Under the pieces are notes generated by a model. That model did not search any database and was not told where the DNA came from. It worked only from the letters and a program-made list of their open reading frames with translations. Made by a program: the position numbers and the translations under genes. 64,000 nucleotides of DNA from positions 51,293,941 through 51,357,940 of the forward strand of contig NC_057718.1 in the NCBI RefSeq assembly GCF_004010195.1. The letters run 5' to 3'. Below are positions 36,961 to 50,262 of the stretch, one piece after another. Within the stretch, counting starts at the first letter, position 1. Each line of letters begins with the position of its first letter. Origin of the DNA: Chiloscyllium plagiosum. Taxonomy: Eukaryota.

Positions 36961-39886
36961 TTTCTACTGATCGCCTCACACTTCTTTTGAGCTGCAAAGT
37001 CTGTAAAAAGCAGGTTGTTGCTGCTGGTACAGCTTCTGCTGCTATTTCTTCTGTTTCTGTTTCTGCTGGCCATCTTTATCCTCAACTGAGATTCAAATTA
37101 AAACACCATGAGCAGCATTTATGCTGACCAGACAGATTACAGTGCAAAGTGGAGATTACAATTCTGAAGTGTGTAAAATAACCTCTTAGCACTAAAATTA
37201 TGTAAAAAAAGCTTTTCACACATCCAGGCGAGAAAGCAGCTGTGAAGTTTCAGTACTTTTGCCATATTTCTCTATCATGGTTCAACCCCCCAATTGCTTC
37301 ATGGCCCACAGCAATATTGCTAAAGCCATGTTAGTATAATAGTAATTTACATTTAACTTTTTTGGATAAAGAAATGGGCGTTCAGCACAACTTGATCATG
37401 CCTTAGAGATCAATAAATTGAAATTAACAACCTGGCCATCCCAAGGAGAATACTCACACACAGACTCATGCATGGCAGTTGGTGGGTTGAAGTTAGCTCT
37501 AATGTGCAGCCAACTTCCTCAGTTTGATCCATCATGCGCTCCCAAGTTCACATGCTCCAGCACATTACAATTTAAGCTCAGGTGGCAACACCAGAGCAAT
37601 TTTGGTCTCCTGGTGCTTAAATTATTTTCAAAGATTAGTAAAAGGATTAACGGCTCCATGGAAAATATATCAGAGGACTCTTGCTACCTGAATATTCTTA
37701 AAGGTGGAAGGCAAAAACATTGGATAAGATATAAAATGTCATCTTCCAGCACTTAAATTCTGACCTAATTATTTTTCTATTTATTGACTGTTGAATATAA
37801 TGTGAAAACATACAATGATCAATGTGATATCGATAACATGAAGTGCACTTTCAATTGGCACTTATTAACATACCCTGTTTTCAGCTAAAAAATCAAAAGA
37901 ATCTCATACATATCCTGAGGCAAATATTGAGTGCATTACTACATCATGTATTCCCTTACAATCAGTCCCAAATCTCCATTATCCTCTTTGTCTCTCATGT
38001 TACTTGTGAATATTTGGTGTTACCCCATCCTGATAGATATTTTTTCTTAAGTCTTAAAGACTACTGCTTTGAATCTCTGGTTATTTATGCTACTTATTCT
38101 GTGCAATTCAGTTGAAATTGGACATACTACCGTAAAACATCATTGAATTTCAAAAACAAATTGTGTCCAGCACAAATTAAACTTCTGTAATGATTGTTCC
38201 TGATTTAAAATACATTGTGCTCGAAGCTGTCCCTGACCATAAAATTGCCCAGACAGAGATTGAATTAACCATCCTGCCATATTTTCACTAATTGTTCTCA
38301 TTTCCAGCCTTTAGGAGTATCATAAAATCAAGCTGGTTTTTCTGAATGAAAGGACATGAATATAGCTCTTCACTAGTTCAAGCATAAACAATTTACTTTA
38401 CAATGGCTTTCAGTAGTGTACCGCTTAACCACGTTTGCACAGTTTGCCAAAAACATTGTTCTTCCTGTATATAAAACTGTGTATATTTAAATAGATTTTC
38501 CCAAGAAAAATAATAAAACAGCAAAGATTTCTGAATTTTGGAACTCAGCATCATAAATAAATCACATTGATGACAACATGCTCTTTACAGAAGAATGTCA
38601 AGTAACGTTGTAAATAATGGCTTGGGGCAAATGCTCTCAGAGCACAGTTTAATTGTGCGACAGTATTGGACCAGTGTTCCAGGCAGACCTACAGGTCCTT
38701 CCTTCCTACCTCAGTGTGAATGGACAAAAGATGTCTTGTAGTGGGCACACATTGGTGACCTGATTATTTTATCTGTTGTTTTACCTTTTTGTTAATGTGG
38801 CAAAGGCACACCTTCATATTAAAATGCCCTCTCAGTTACTTATCCTTTGTCTGCTCACTCTCAAGCTGAAAGACTTCAAACTGTCCTTCAAACTTTGAGA
38901 GCCAACCTGCCATCCTTAAGTGAACAGATAACCTGCCTCCATCCCAATTATGGCCAAAATCTAAGAATGACCATTTCCCACAACGGACATGTTTGGAACC
39001 CAGAAACTGATCTGACTCCTGTCCCTCCACCCCAAAATAAAAATTCACTCCCTAATATTTGCAAGAAACTAAAACAAGAAACTAAAACAACTCCAAACTC
39101 AGTATTACTTCAACAAGTGATCACATAAATCATGCAAATGTACAAATTATACTATAAATGGTCTATTAGTAAGTTATTTTGACTGAAAAATAACATTTCT
39201 CTTTAATAGAATACCGCTAATAGTTCAATTTAAATATGTTAGCAAAATAATATTGCTGTACAGTGTTCTAGTATAAACCATCTACTCTGTTACAAAGGAG
39301 TCCATGTTTCTGTATCTCCTAAAAGTTATCCATTCCCTGCTTTTGCTTAAAAGAATTCCAGGCAATTTGATATATATACTGACTCAAATTCACTCTGAAT
39401 AGCAAGATGCTGAAAATTACTGCTGAAATGCAGCTCTCAACAACTCCAAGATCCTGAATCCTAAATAGATAGTGTCAATCTATTCCAATGTCAAAAATAA
39501 TCTAAGGAAGTCCATATTGTCTGTTTTGATTAAGCTTTTAGAAAATGTCACGGTTATTCTTACATCAAACCTATTTTTGACACGAGTTTACAGACAGAAA
39601 ACATTTTTCATACATCTGTTGGAAAAAAAGGCCGGAATGTAAAGATATTTTGAATTTATTTAGCTTGTGAAGATAAATATATCTATTCTACTATAGTCAG
39701 TTTCAATAGAATTCCTTCCAATCAGAGAAAGTGCTCCTCAACTTGTTCATATGTTATGATTTGATTAATTTCTTTGTTATATATAGATTCAATTCCTTTA
39801 TTGAGATGTTTATATAGGGATACATTTTGTTTTCAAAATCTGAGAGGTGCCAGTGTTCAGATCAGACATTGAAAGGGTGTGTGAAA

Positions 39887-40650
39887 TGTTATGATCCCAG
39901 CTGATCTTACGACTGTACAAATCAGCTCCCAGAGTGAAAGCTGACTCGATAGATTTTTTTTAACATTGTAATATTGCAGTCTTTCACAGAAATATAAGAA
40001 CACAAGACTGCAGATTTGATTGCAATAATAAAAAGAAGTTGCAACACAAAATAAATTTTAAAAAGATTAAACAAACTGAGCTGTCTAAATGTAACACAGT
40101 TTGAAAGATTTCAAAACAAACAGCAAAACACAATCCCATCTACTCCCCCACATCTTCATTTCACAGTTAATCAAAATGCAGAGGCATTTCCTTTCCCTGT
40201 AGATCTGACTTAATTACCTCATTTGAATTGCTGTCTCGGAGCCATGAAATATTTTTCCTGGAATACTCACACAATTGAGAGCTTAGACTCTCTCAGTATT
40301 TTAATAATTTGTAGAGTTTGAACCCAACACTAGAAGTTTCACAAACTACACTCTATCATTGAGTTAACTAATTTCTTTACCTGCTTTTCTAGGAAAGACA
40401 ATGCCTATTTCTGACAACAGTCAGGTCTCCTTCAGGCTAAACCAAATGCTTTCTAACTAATTTTTTAAAGTGTTCATCCTCAATTCTGCAAAAGCTAATG
40501 GCCTCATATTTTCCCTCTCCTGTCATAAACCCTAACAACATAATGAAATTGTTAACATTCCGAGAAGCTTGCAGTCACTATACACTAACACATGTTGGTT
40601 ATAAATCATTGTTCTGAAAAGGTTGACCTGGTTAATTTTTAAACCCCTTC
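39887..40650. mobile_element. Possible old solo LTR
   Basis: Begins TGTTATGATCCCAGCTG in LTR-like fashion; right end and TSD not established. Confidence 0.3.
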
Positions 40651-41029
40651 ACATAAATAGGCCATTTTACCATTTGTTTGAAATCTAAATTAAACTAATG
40701 TTCACACACTTCTCACACAGAAAACATTTGTAGCTAAAAAGGTCAGAAGTTTTAAGTGAACACTTTCAACTGTCCATGCAAATGGTGACCCTTCAAATTA
40801 TCAATATTCTTGCTATTATTAATAAGATGTTTCTTTAAGATGATTACCAGAGTCACTGCAGAAAGAAAATGAAATACAAGCCTTAAGGAGCCCAACATTT
40901 CCCACTGACTCTATCCTGTGAAAAATAATAGTCCAAGAAAATTGAGTTGCTAATTCACCGATTTTAGCCAGGAAACTATATAGTGTCACAATTGACCTCC
41001 CATTTATATCCCAGCCTTAACCCACAAGC

Positions 41030-41160
41030 CTCATTCCTGATGAGGGTTTATACCGGAAATGTTGATTCTTCTACTCCTCGGATGCTGTCTGACCTGCTGT
41101 GCTTTTCCAGCATCACACTCTCGACTCTGATCTCCAGCATCTGCAGTCCTCACCTTCTCA
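41030..41160 (+). mobile_element. Short Penelope-derived element with a degenerate hammerhead motif
   Basis: attc CTGATGA gggtttataccg GAAA tgtt gattc, then the family body to ctgcagtcctcaccttctc. Confidence 0.8.
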
Positions 41161-42299
41161 CAATTGACCTTAGTCTTCTTGGGTTAAGGAATGAGAAAAG
41201 AAAACACTCAAGAAGGGTTTCTAGTCCAGATAACTGTTATAGGCCTCAGAGGCTAAAACAGCTTACCAATATTCATTATTGAATCTTGTACATGAGTAAT
41301 GACTACTTGGTAAAATGCTCAATCTAGATTAGAAACCAATGTCTTCTATAAGGCAAAGTGCAATGTAGATTGGCAAGTAGAAAAAAAAGTATACCTTTGT
41401 CCCACTGACTGGCTCGAATGATAAAATAATGCTTTCACCATTACCATTCTCTAGAAAGTAATTATTTTTCTTGTTTTTCTTTCATTTGATGCAGTAAACT
41501 TTATATGAAAGTAAAACATATGTAAGAGTACTTTATATGGCAAAAATAGAGAGTTCAAAACTATTTTGCAAAACGTATAGCTCAACTGATTTTAACAATG
41601 TGTTATTTGAGCACGTGTGACAGAATGCTCCAGCTGTCTCAGTCATAGAGGATAATAATGCAGGTGATGCCTGTGATAGGTGACAAGGAGATGAAATTCA
41701 GTGTGGAGATGACCTTGCCTTATAACAGCCACATGTGTCCTTGCAACAGATAGCTCAGCTCAACAATTGGCTCTCTGCTGACACAAAGTACGCAATCAGT
41801 TTTTAGCTACATCTGCTTGGATCTTTAGGTATTATGCGACACCACATTGCCTTCTGATCTCTCTGGCACAATTCTTGCAGTAGGAGTATCAAATCAATGG
41901 CTTTGTTCTCATTCTAATTCAAAAGAATCACAGAATCAAGCTCCAGTCCAGGGACTTGAGCAGATAAATTTGACTAACACTTCAGTGCACTACTAATGAT
42001 GACTTATCCAAACTATGGCTGAACATTGGCGGGTCAAATCTGCACCAGGCAATTTCAGACAATAATTATCACCATAAAGAACAGGGCAATGACCTTTCCC
42101 TGACTTTCGGTGGTTCCATCATCAATTTCCAGTCGGTAACAATTGACAAGGAACTTAAGAAAACAATTATATCCACATGATGGCTGCAAGAAAAGTGCAT
42201 AATCTATGGAGAACTCAATAGGACATGAATCACTACATCCTGAAAAGACCGATTTATGCATGCTCACTGTTCCATGCTACTATGTTACACTGTACAACA

Positions 42300-42990
42300 C
42301 AAGCTCTAATTTTGTTCAATAACCTTTGATGTGGGACCTTGTCAATTTTTTTCTGGAACTGTACATAAATGGGCTTCCCTTTATCCTCAGCATACAGAGA
42401 CCTCTGTCAAAGAACACTAATAAATTGGTTAAACATGATTTCCCTTTCTCAAAGCTATACTGTTTCTTCCTGATTCACAGAATCTATAGAATTGTTCTTG
42501 TTCGTTTTGCAAGTGAGAACAGTTCCTCCCTATCTATCTGTCCAATACATTTATGATTTTGAAAACCTCTATCAGATCTCCTCTTAGCTTTCTTCTCTGC
42601 AAGGGAAATAATTCCAACATCTTCAATCTAATCTTAATGATGTAAACTCCTCATCCCTAAGACCATTCTTGTAAACAGTTTCTGTACTCTGTCTGATGTG
42701 TTCAAATCCTTCCTATATTATTTCACCCAGAAATGCACAGCTGAGGTTTAACAAGTATCTTATACAAAAAGAACAGTACATTTTTAAGTACTTACCTATA
42801 ACCTCCTTGATGATAGATTCTAACACCTTCCTCATTACATCGATGGAGCTCACTGTCTGATAGGCAGAAAACAGGAAACTGTCTCTCTCCTTGAGTACAG
42901 GGGTTTTATCTGCCATTTTCCAGCCTAATCATTTTTTTTTCAGAATCTAATAAATTTTGGAAAATTAAGTTCAATGCAAATACTATCTAC
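42300..42990 (-). mobile_element. Old CR1 fragments
   Basis: aaacatgatttccctttc (reverse of the GKSCL region); tttgaaaacctctatcagatctcctctt (reverse of RGDLIEVFK); KVLESIIKEVI. Confidence 0.7.
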
Positions 42991-42994
42991 CATC

Positions 42995-45480
42995 TACCAT
43001 CAGGACCCAGAGGCATATTAAGGCACAGATCCATTAGTTCGCTATGGACTTGTGGGTGATCACTTTGTTTATGGATGTGGAGAGAGAATGGAGGAAGCCA
43101 TTTCTGACCATAAATAAATCTAGTGTGACTGCTAGACAGAGTGTACCAGATGAATGTGAAGCTGAGGACAAAAATGTACAGTTGAAGATGCCCGAAGTCA
43201 AGTACATAGACCACGCACTGACAACAAAATATCTCCACAAGAATCCTAAAACATTGATTGCAGTTGACAGTGCAACAATTTATTGGATTTGCCAACTATT
43301 TTGCAAAGTTTTTTCCAATTCATTGTCAGACATGAACCCATTATATCAACTCATAGCCAAGAATGTGTAGAGGTACTGGGGAACAGACAAGAAACAATGT
43401 TCACAAAAACCAAGCAGGTTATGATGGCAAAGTCAGTGCTGAAAGGCAAAGACACTGAAGACTATGATGGATGATGAAGTCACCCTGCAATGTGACACCA
43501 GCAAGTCAAGACGTGGAGCAACCTTAATGTAGCAAGAGAAACAGTTTGCATTTACACCCAGGGCTCTAACTCAAAGGAACGATATTATGCTCAGATCAAG
43601 AAAGAATGTTTTTATCTGTGAACATATGGAAGGGACAAAATGATAAACAAATCAAACAACAAGTCACTTCTAAGCATTTCCTTCAAGCTGCTACTATCTA
43701 TTTGAAATAATGTTACTCCAGTTACAAAGATACCAGCCAGATATACAAGCAAGTGAAGCAGATGTACATCCATAGACATGCTGTCAAGAGCAGCACTCGT
43801 CATGAAGAAAATAGCATTTGCTATGGGTGAAATCATCCAGATCCAATGTGACACAAATCCTCAAGCTCTTGAAGCCATTAATAGAGACTTTTAAAACAAT
43901 AGACAAGGATCTTGCTGAAATAAAATGAACTACTCAACTAGATACAACACCCTTGGTATTACAGTAATAGTAATGGCCTGAAAATCTCAAGGTCACACAG
44001 GTATCTATAAGAACATATTGGGCATAGACACGAACTCACAGCCTCAGGTGACATGTTGTACAAAGAGTCATTATCCCTAAAAAGCTGACAGGAGTGATGC
44101 TAAAATGCACCCATGCAAGCCACCAAGGGATTGGGTTGAGTTGAATGAAAGCAAGAGATGTGGTCTATTGGCCAAACATGAGCAATGAAATTAAGAATCA
44201 TATTAGTTCGGTCAATGATTACAATGAGTACCAAGCTGACAGACCATGGATAAGGCTGGGGTAGACCTCTTCACTCCAGCAGGATCTGATCCTCTTGTCA
44301 CAATAGGCTAATATTCTGACTACAAGCTGACTTCAACAACTACTACTGAGATGAGTGACTGTCTCAAAATACTATTTAGTCTTTGCACTGTACCCAAGAT
44401 TGTGATAATAAAATAGGCCTTAGTTCATTTTTGAAGGTTTCAATCTTTTCATATGTGATTGGGAAATTCACACCTCACATAATTTCCACACTACCCTTAA
44501 TCAAATGGATAGACTGATTCCTATAAGTAGTCTTTATGCTTGATGACTCTTCATGTCTTTAGTGGGTGTGCTTTTTCACTTGAGGATTAATTCATACATA
44601 TGTGATGAGTTTGCTTGATTACTTCATGAGATCATCGCCAAAGAAATCATGAAGCAATCAAGCAAATTCAGCACAGATATGTATAAATTAATTTTCAAAT
44701 GAAGAAACACACCCACTGAAGACAATAAAGGGTTATCAAGCACAAAGACTACTTATATGATATCCCCAAGCTTTCTTCCAGTAGCAAAAATGCTACTGAA
44801 GCCAAAAGCAAGAACAAGAATAAGTGACAAAATCAAGATAAAATGGCAGAAATCCAAATTTCATTTTGACAGGACTGCCAAACCATGGTCACATTGGAGA
44901 ATTAGAGAGCCATTGAGGGTACAAACCTGCAACAAGTGTCAGCCCAAGAGGCAATGTCAGATTTATATTCAGCAGTTGTCACCTCAATCATACGTAATGG
45001 AAGTACAAATGTATCATCACAGCGAGATACATACATACAACTGGAGAAGCTGTTCTTCAACTATAGATGCCTGATCAGGAACATGCGAACTCACCACCGA
45101 CATAGTTCACAGACACAGAAGGTCACAGCAAACCAACAATGGAAGTGGCACAACAGGTACCAGAGTAGCAACAAAAGACACTGGAAAAATGCACCCAGGG
45201 GAAGGGATATCATTCAGATGCACATACCATTAAGAAAAAGCATGACTTAAAAATTATGCATGCAATGCATTTGTAGAAAATGACGAACTGCTAATGTATG
45301 AGAGCAAATTTATACAGGGCATTTCAGACTTACAAATAATGCATGCATTGTTGTTTTTTTTCATTGTTTTGAAAAGAGAATGTTTAAATTGAAATGCATC
45401 ATGCACATATGTCCTTCCTGGACTGTTGTTGTGATGTGACCTTAATGCGAGGGTCAGATACTGGAAATAGCCCTTTTACA
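42995..45480 (+). mobile_element. Gypsy LTR retrotransposon fossil: RT, RNase H, integrase, PPT and start of 3' LTR
   Basis: LKMPEVKYID; EVTLQCDTSK...RALTQ..YAQIKKEC; THASHQGIG...ARDVVYWPNMSNEIK; RPWIRLGVDLF; PHYP*SNG; purine tract gaaaagagaa at 45371-45380 followed by TGT. Confidence 0.9.
44522..44757. repeat. Long imperfect inverted repeat (~110-bp arms, 17-nt spacer)
   Basis: 44522-44629 is the reverse complement of 44647-44757 with scattered mismatches and small indels. Confidence 0.95.
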
Positions 45481-45803
45481 GGCATTTTAATAAGAACACT
45501 GAACAGAAAAGGCTGCTGTCTTGTGTAGACCAAGCAAAGCATTTCCTCAAAATTGCTGATGATTAAAGAATTTCTTTTCTGATGTTTGTCTTTCTTACTC
45601 TTTGAGTGAGAAATTCAACTTTAATTGATCCAGTAGTGAAATATTTTATACTTTAAGAAAAAGTATAGTCAGGGAATTGCTCCACCCTTATTCTGGAAGT
45701 TATCAAAGAATATACTCCACACACACTTAGATTCAGTTTAGAATAAAATAAAAGCAATACTTATACAAACTCAACGAAGTTCAGTCTTTATTGTTCCCTG
45801 CAG

Positions 45804-45921
45804 GCTTAATATTCCAAAGACAAGATGTTGTGTTGACTGAAGTTAAGGCTTGAAAATTGGAGGACTATCTCAGCAACTGTGATGGCTTCCACGGTCAAAA
45901 CGCCAGAGGTTGATTTCATAG
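45804..45921 (+). other. Candidate exon (5' UTR plus start codon, MASTVKTPEVDFI)
   Basis: Acceptor ttattgttccctgcag, donor AG|GTAAGT, ATG at 45882 in gtgATGG context; no recognisable repeat. Confidence 0.4.
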
Positions 45922-47386
45922 GTAAGTTATTTGAAACAGAAGTTGGGATTACTGTTTCTCTGGATATACAGGCAAGGTATGTTCAACTACCCAGCTGATT
46001 ATAGCAGGCTACCAGTTGTATCAGTGTCTGTCTGTCTATTTGTTTGACTGTCGCTCTCACTTACTGACTCACTCTCAACCATAGTGGAAATTCCTATTTT
46101 TCTCTGAAGCTGTTTCAAGGTATTTCTACTATGATGTTTCTGCTTTTTGGCAATTTGCCCGACCTTCACTATTCTTGGTAGCCAAACAAAGTTGGCCACT
46201 GTGTCATATGACCAAGTAAAACTGGAAAATAATGTTCCAGATGAGGCAAGTGGTAATCAGAGGGCAAATTCTTTACAAGTCTAGCTAATTTTTCTTGTGC
46301 TTTTGACGTGGTCTTTGAAATTGGCACGTGAGAATTACCAGAAAACTGCCACCTAGGCATGTCCACTTTATTACTTGGAACCTTTGAGAAACTTGAGAAA
46401 GATTGCAAATCTAAAAGGTCAGGTGACTCTCAGAGTCCATTTTGAAAGTCCTTAAATTCAGTTCAAGGTCTAAAAGTATACAGCCTTCTTAAAAAATTGA
46501 GTATTATGAACAAAGGGATGTAATAGTGTTTTAATATTCCTGTTGGATATAAAGCAACGAAAGAACAGCAATTACTTCATGAACAATGTGCTATAAGGAT
46601 TGGTCCTAGTGAATAAATATAGCTATTCAGAATCATGTGAGTGTAAGACATTTCAGGGTGTTCTATGATATTTAGTGATGTATTAAATTGTTGTGTTTTA
46701 CATTTCACACATTTAATTTTCTTTTCTCTTTCATGAGTGGGCCATACGAATCTTCATCATGAATAACAGGAAACATAATGGCAAACACCATGACATTCAA
46801 TTTATTGCGTGCCTGGAAAGATGTACTTTCACAATATCTGGCTTGAGTTATAAGCAGTTCCTTGTGAGTGCGAAGGATTTAAACAAATTGAAGGCTGTTT
46901 CATTTGAAGCTTTAAATGTGGAGCTATTTGTGGACAGACTTTGACAGGGAGAGGGTTAGCAATATTATCGTCACTTGTACAAAATCAAATCTGGTTGTAT
47001 TCTTGTAGTCAACTAAAAGAAATGCATTTATCTCTAGTAGAATCCCAAACAGACTATTTATTAGATAAAACATAATGTGTAATGCATTACAAAAGAATAG
47101 ATATGATGGATGTAATTTTAGAAACTCACTTCTGATTGTTGTAGTTCATTCTTTAAAGTGCTGATTGCTCATCATTTTAAATATTTTCTTCAATTATGTA
47201 ATTGTATTAAGGTGGCCTGCTTTGGATCAGCCATGATCCTATTGGATGGCAAAGCTGGCTTGAATGGCCAAATGGCACCTCCTGTTTCTATTACATATGG
47301 TCTAAATAAATCATGTGACTTGACAGACAATTGAATATCATAGAAGTGGAGAGTAAATCGTATATAATATTGTAAGATATAAATAA

Positions 47387-47477
47387 GTTGAAACTTTATT
47401 GCTGGAACAGCACAGCAGGTCAGGCAGCATCCAGGGAACAGGAGATTCGACGTTTCGGGCACAGGCCCTTCTTCAGG
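47387..47477 (-). mobile_element. Young short Penelope-derived element with 13-bp TSD
   Basis: aagatataaataa at 47374-47386 and 47478-47490. Confidence 0.9.
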
Positions 47478-47479
47478 AA
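47446..47479 (-). ncRNA. Minimal type I hammerhead ribozyme-like motif (ACGU type)
   Basis: ttc CTGAAGA a GGGC-ctgt-GCCC GAAA cg TC gaa: intact core, 4-bp helix II, palindromic ACGU, 3-bp stem I. Confidence 0.7.
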
Positions 47480-47949
47480 GATATAAATAAACCAAGCATG
47501 AAGTTTAAGCAGAATATAGCTAAATTTGAAGTCTCTTTGGCACTTATTTATACTCTCAGATATTTTGTTTTTTATTTCAAATGATCACAAGAGCTGTTGA
47601 ATATTCTAAAATGTAAATTTTGAATTTCACATGGCAGAAAATCTAGAAAGGGCGTTCAACATTGAGGACTGATAGAAAGAGTTCAGTTAACAGCAGTCTG
47701 TTTATCATGCAAAATGTTTGGATTTCTCTTTTAATCACGATGCCATTATGGTGCCCCCAATGTATTTAATATTGTTAAATTTCTACTCTAGAAAGTTAAA
47801 TAACTCTTAAAAATAAATGAAACTTCAAGATGCAAAACAAAAGCGCATTTTCTTTTTATTGTATCTCCTGCTCACTACCAATTCTGCTCATCACCATCCA
47901 CTGTCTTCGACACATTAACAGGAAAAGAAAGGATAGATAAAGATATCCT

Positions 47950-48156
47950 ATTTCCACCGGTTGAAACCTGAGCACTGTATGAGAATTATGGCTAGACCAT
48001 TCAGTAAAGATGTTAAGAAGCACAAAGGGTGGTAGATATTTAGAATTTTCTTCCACCAACAGCAGTGGGTGCTGGATCAGTTGTCAATTTTAAATCTGAG
48101 ATAAATAATTTTTTTAAGCAAAGTTATGAAGAGATATGGGCCAAAGGCAGGCATAT
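47950..48156 (+). mobile_element. Old CR1 3' end (host of the next element; resumes at 49611-49700)
   Basis: ggatcagttgtcaattttaaatctgag matches 63835-63860; the host continues after the insertion. Confidence 0.75.
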
Positions 48157-49610
48157 ATTTTTGCAGCATTCTTAAACATGAGTGAGGACCCCGGGGGACT
48201 GGACAATTGCTAATGTTGTCCCCTTGTTTAAGAAGGGTAACAGGGATAATCCAGGTAATTATAGACCAGTGAGCCTGATGTCAGTGATAGGGAAGCTGCT
48301 GGAGAAGATACTGAGGGATAGGATCTTTCCTATTTGGAAGAAAATGGAATTATCAATGATAAACAACATAGTTTTGTGCAGGGAAGGTCATGTCTTATCA
48401 ACTTAATAGAATTCTTTGAGGAAGTGACAAAGTTGATTGATGAGGGAAGGGCTGTAGATGTCATATACATGGAATTTAGTAAGGTGTTTGATAAGGTTCC
48501 CCATAGTAGGCTGATGGAGAAAGCCAAGTTATATGGAGTCCAGGGTGTGCTAGCTAGATTAATAAAGAACTGGCTGGGTAACAGGAGGCAGAGAATAGTA
48601 GTGGAAGGGAGTTTCTCAAAATAGAGAACTGTGACTATAGTGTTCCACAGGGATTCGTGCTGGAGCCACTGTTGTTTGTGATATACATAAATGATCTGGA
48701 TAGGTGGTCTGATTAGCAAGCTTGCAGATGACACAAAGATTGGTGGAATAGCAGATAGTCATGGGGACTGTCAGAGAATACAGCAGAATATAGATAGGTT
48801 GGAGAGTTGGGCGGAGGAATGGCAGATGGTTTTCAAACCAGGTGATGCATTTTGGAAGATCCAATTCAAGAGCAAACTATACGATAAATGGAAAAGCCCT
48901 GGGGGAAATTGATGTGCAGAGAGATCTGGATGTTTAGGTCCATTGTACCCTGATGGTGACAAGACAGGTTAATAGAGTAGTAAAAAGGCCATACAGGATA
49001 CTTTCCTTCATCGGATGGAGTATTGAGTACAAGGGTTGACAGGTCATGTTACAGTTCTATAACACTGGTTTGACCACATTTGGAATACTGTGTACAGTTC
49101 TGGATGCCACATTACCAAAATGATGTGGATGCTTTGGAGAGGGTGCACAGGAGGTTCACCAGGATGTTGCCTGGTATGGAGAGTGCTAGCTATGAAGAGA
49201 GGCTGAGTAGATTAGGATTATTTTCATTAGAAAGATGGAGACTGAGGGGGGAACCTAATTGATGTCTACAAAATAGGGTGGATAGCAAGAAGCTTTTTTC
49301 CACAGTGGGAGACTCAATTATTAGAGGTCATGAGTTCAAGGTGAGAGGGGAAAGGTTTAAGGGAGATATGCATGGCAAGTTCTTTACGCAGAGGGTGGTG
49401 GGTGCATGGAATGCTTTGCCAGCGGAGGTGGTAGAGGCACGCATGATAGCATAATTTAAGATGCATCCAGACAGATACATGAATGGGCAGGGGACAGAAG
49501 GATACAGATCCTTCGAAAATAGATGACAAGTTAGATAGAGGATCTGGATCACCTCAGGCTTGGAAGGCTGAAGGGCCTGTTCCTGTGCTGCAATTTTCTT
49601 TGTTCTTTGT
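48157..49610 (+). mobile_element. CR1 LINE, 5'-truncated, distinct subfamily with (ttctttg)n tail
   Basis: DWTIANVVPLFKKG..PGNYRPVSL, YMEFSKVFDKVPH, SKLADDTKIGG; degenerate duplication ggcatat/ggtatat. Confidence 0.95.
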
Positions 49611-49717
49611 GGTATATGGAGTTAGGTGACATAAATACCATGATCTCACTGAATTCTGGAACTGGCTGGATGAACTGAATGGTCTACCCCTGTTCCTAAC
49701 TTTCCTGATCACTGCAT

Positions 49718-50041
49718 AGGCAGCACAGTGGCTCAGTGGTTAGCACTGCTGCCTCACAGTGCCAGGGACCTGGGTTCAATCCCTGCCTCAGGTGACTGTG
49801 TAGAGTTTGCACATTCTCACTATGTCTGTGCCAGTTTCTTCCAGGTGCTCCAGTTTCCTCCCACAATCCAAAGATGTGTAGGTCAGGTGAATTGGCCATG
49901 CTAAATTGCCCATTGTGTCAGGTGCATTCGTCAGGGGTAAATATAAGGTAGGGGAATGGGTCTGGATGGGTTACTCTTCGGAGGGATGGTGTGGATTTGT
50001 TGGGCCAAGGGGCTTGTTTCTATACTGTAGGGAATCTAATC
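49718..50041 (+). mobile_element. Full-length HE1-type SINE
   Basis: tggctcagtgg A box, gggttcaatccc B box, aatctaatc tail. Confidence 0.92.
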
Positions 50042-50104
50042 AACTTAACCTCCCACCAACCCTCTGACTTGTGACCTTTCCTACTCCCTATTAAAGGAGA
50101 TAAG

Positions 50105-50262
50105 AAATAAAAACAGAATGTGTTGGAGAAACCTGGCAGGTCTGCAGAACCTGTGCAGAGAGAAACATTCTGAAGGATCATTTTGGACTCAAAACATTAT
50201 CTCTGTTTTTGACTCCTCAAATGTTTCCAGACCTACTGAATTTCTCCAATTTCCTCTGTTTT
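50105..50262. mobile_element. Old palindromic Penelope-derived element
   Basis: aaaacagaatgtgttggagaaacctggcaggtctg pairs imperfectly with cagacctactgaatttctccaatttcctctgtttt. Confidence 0.65.
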
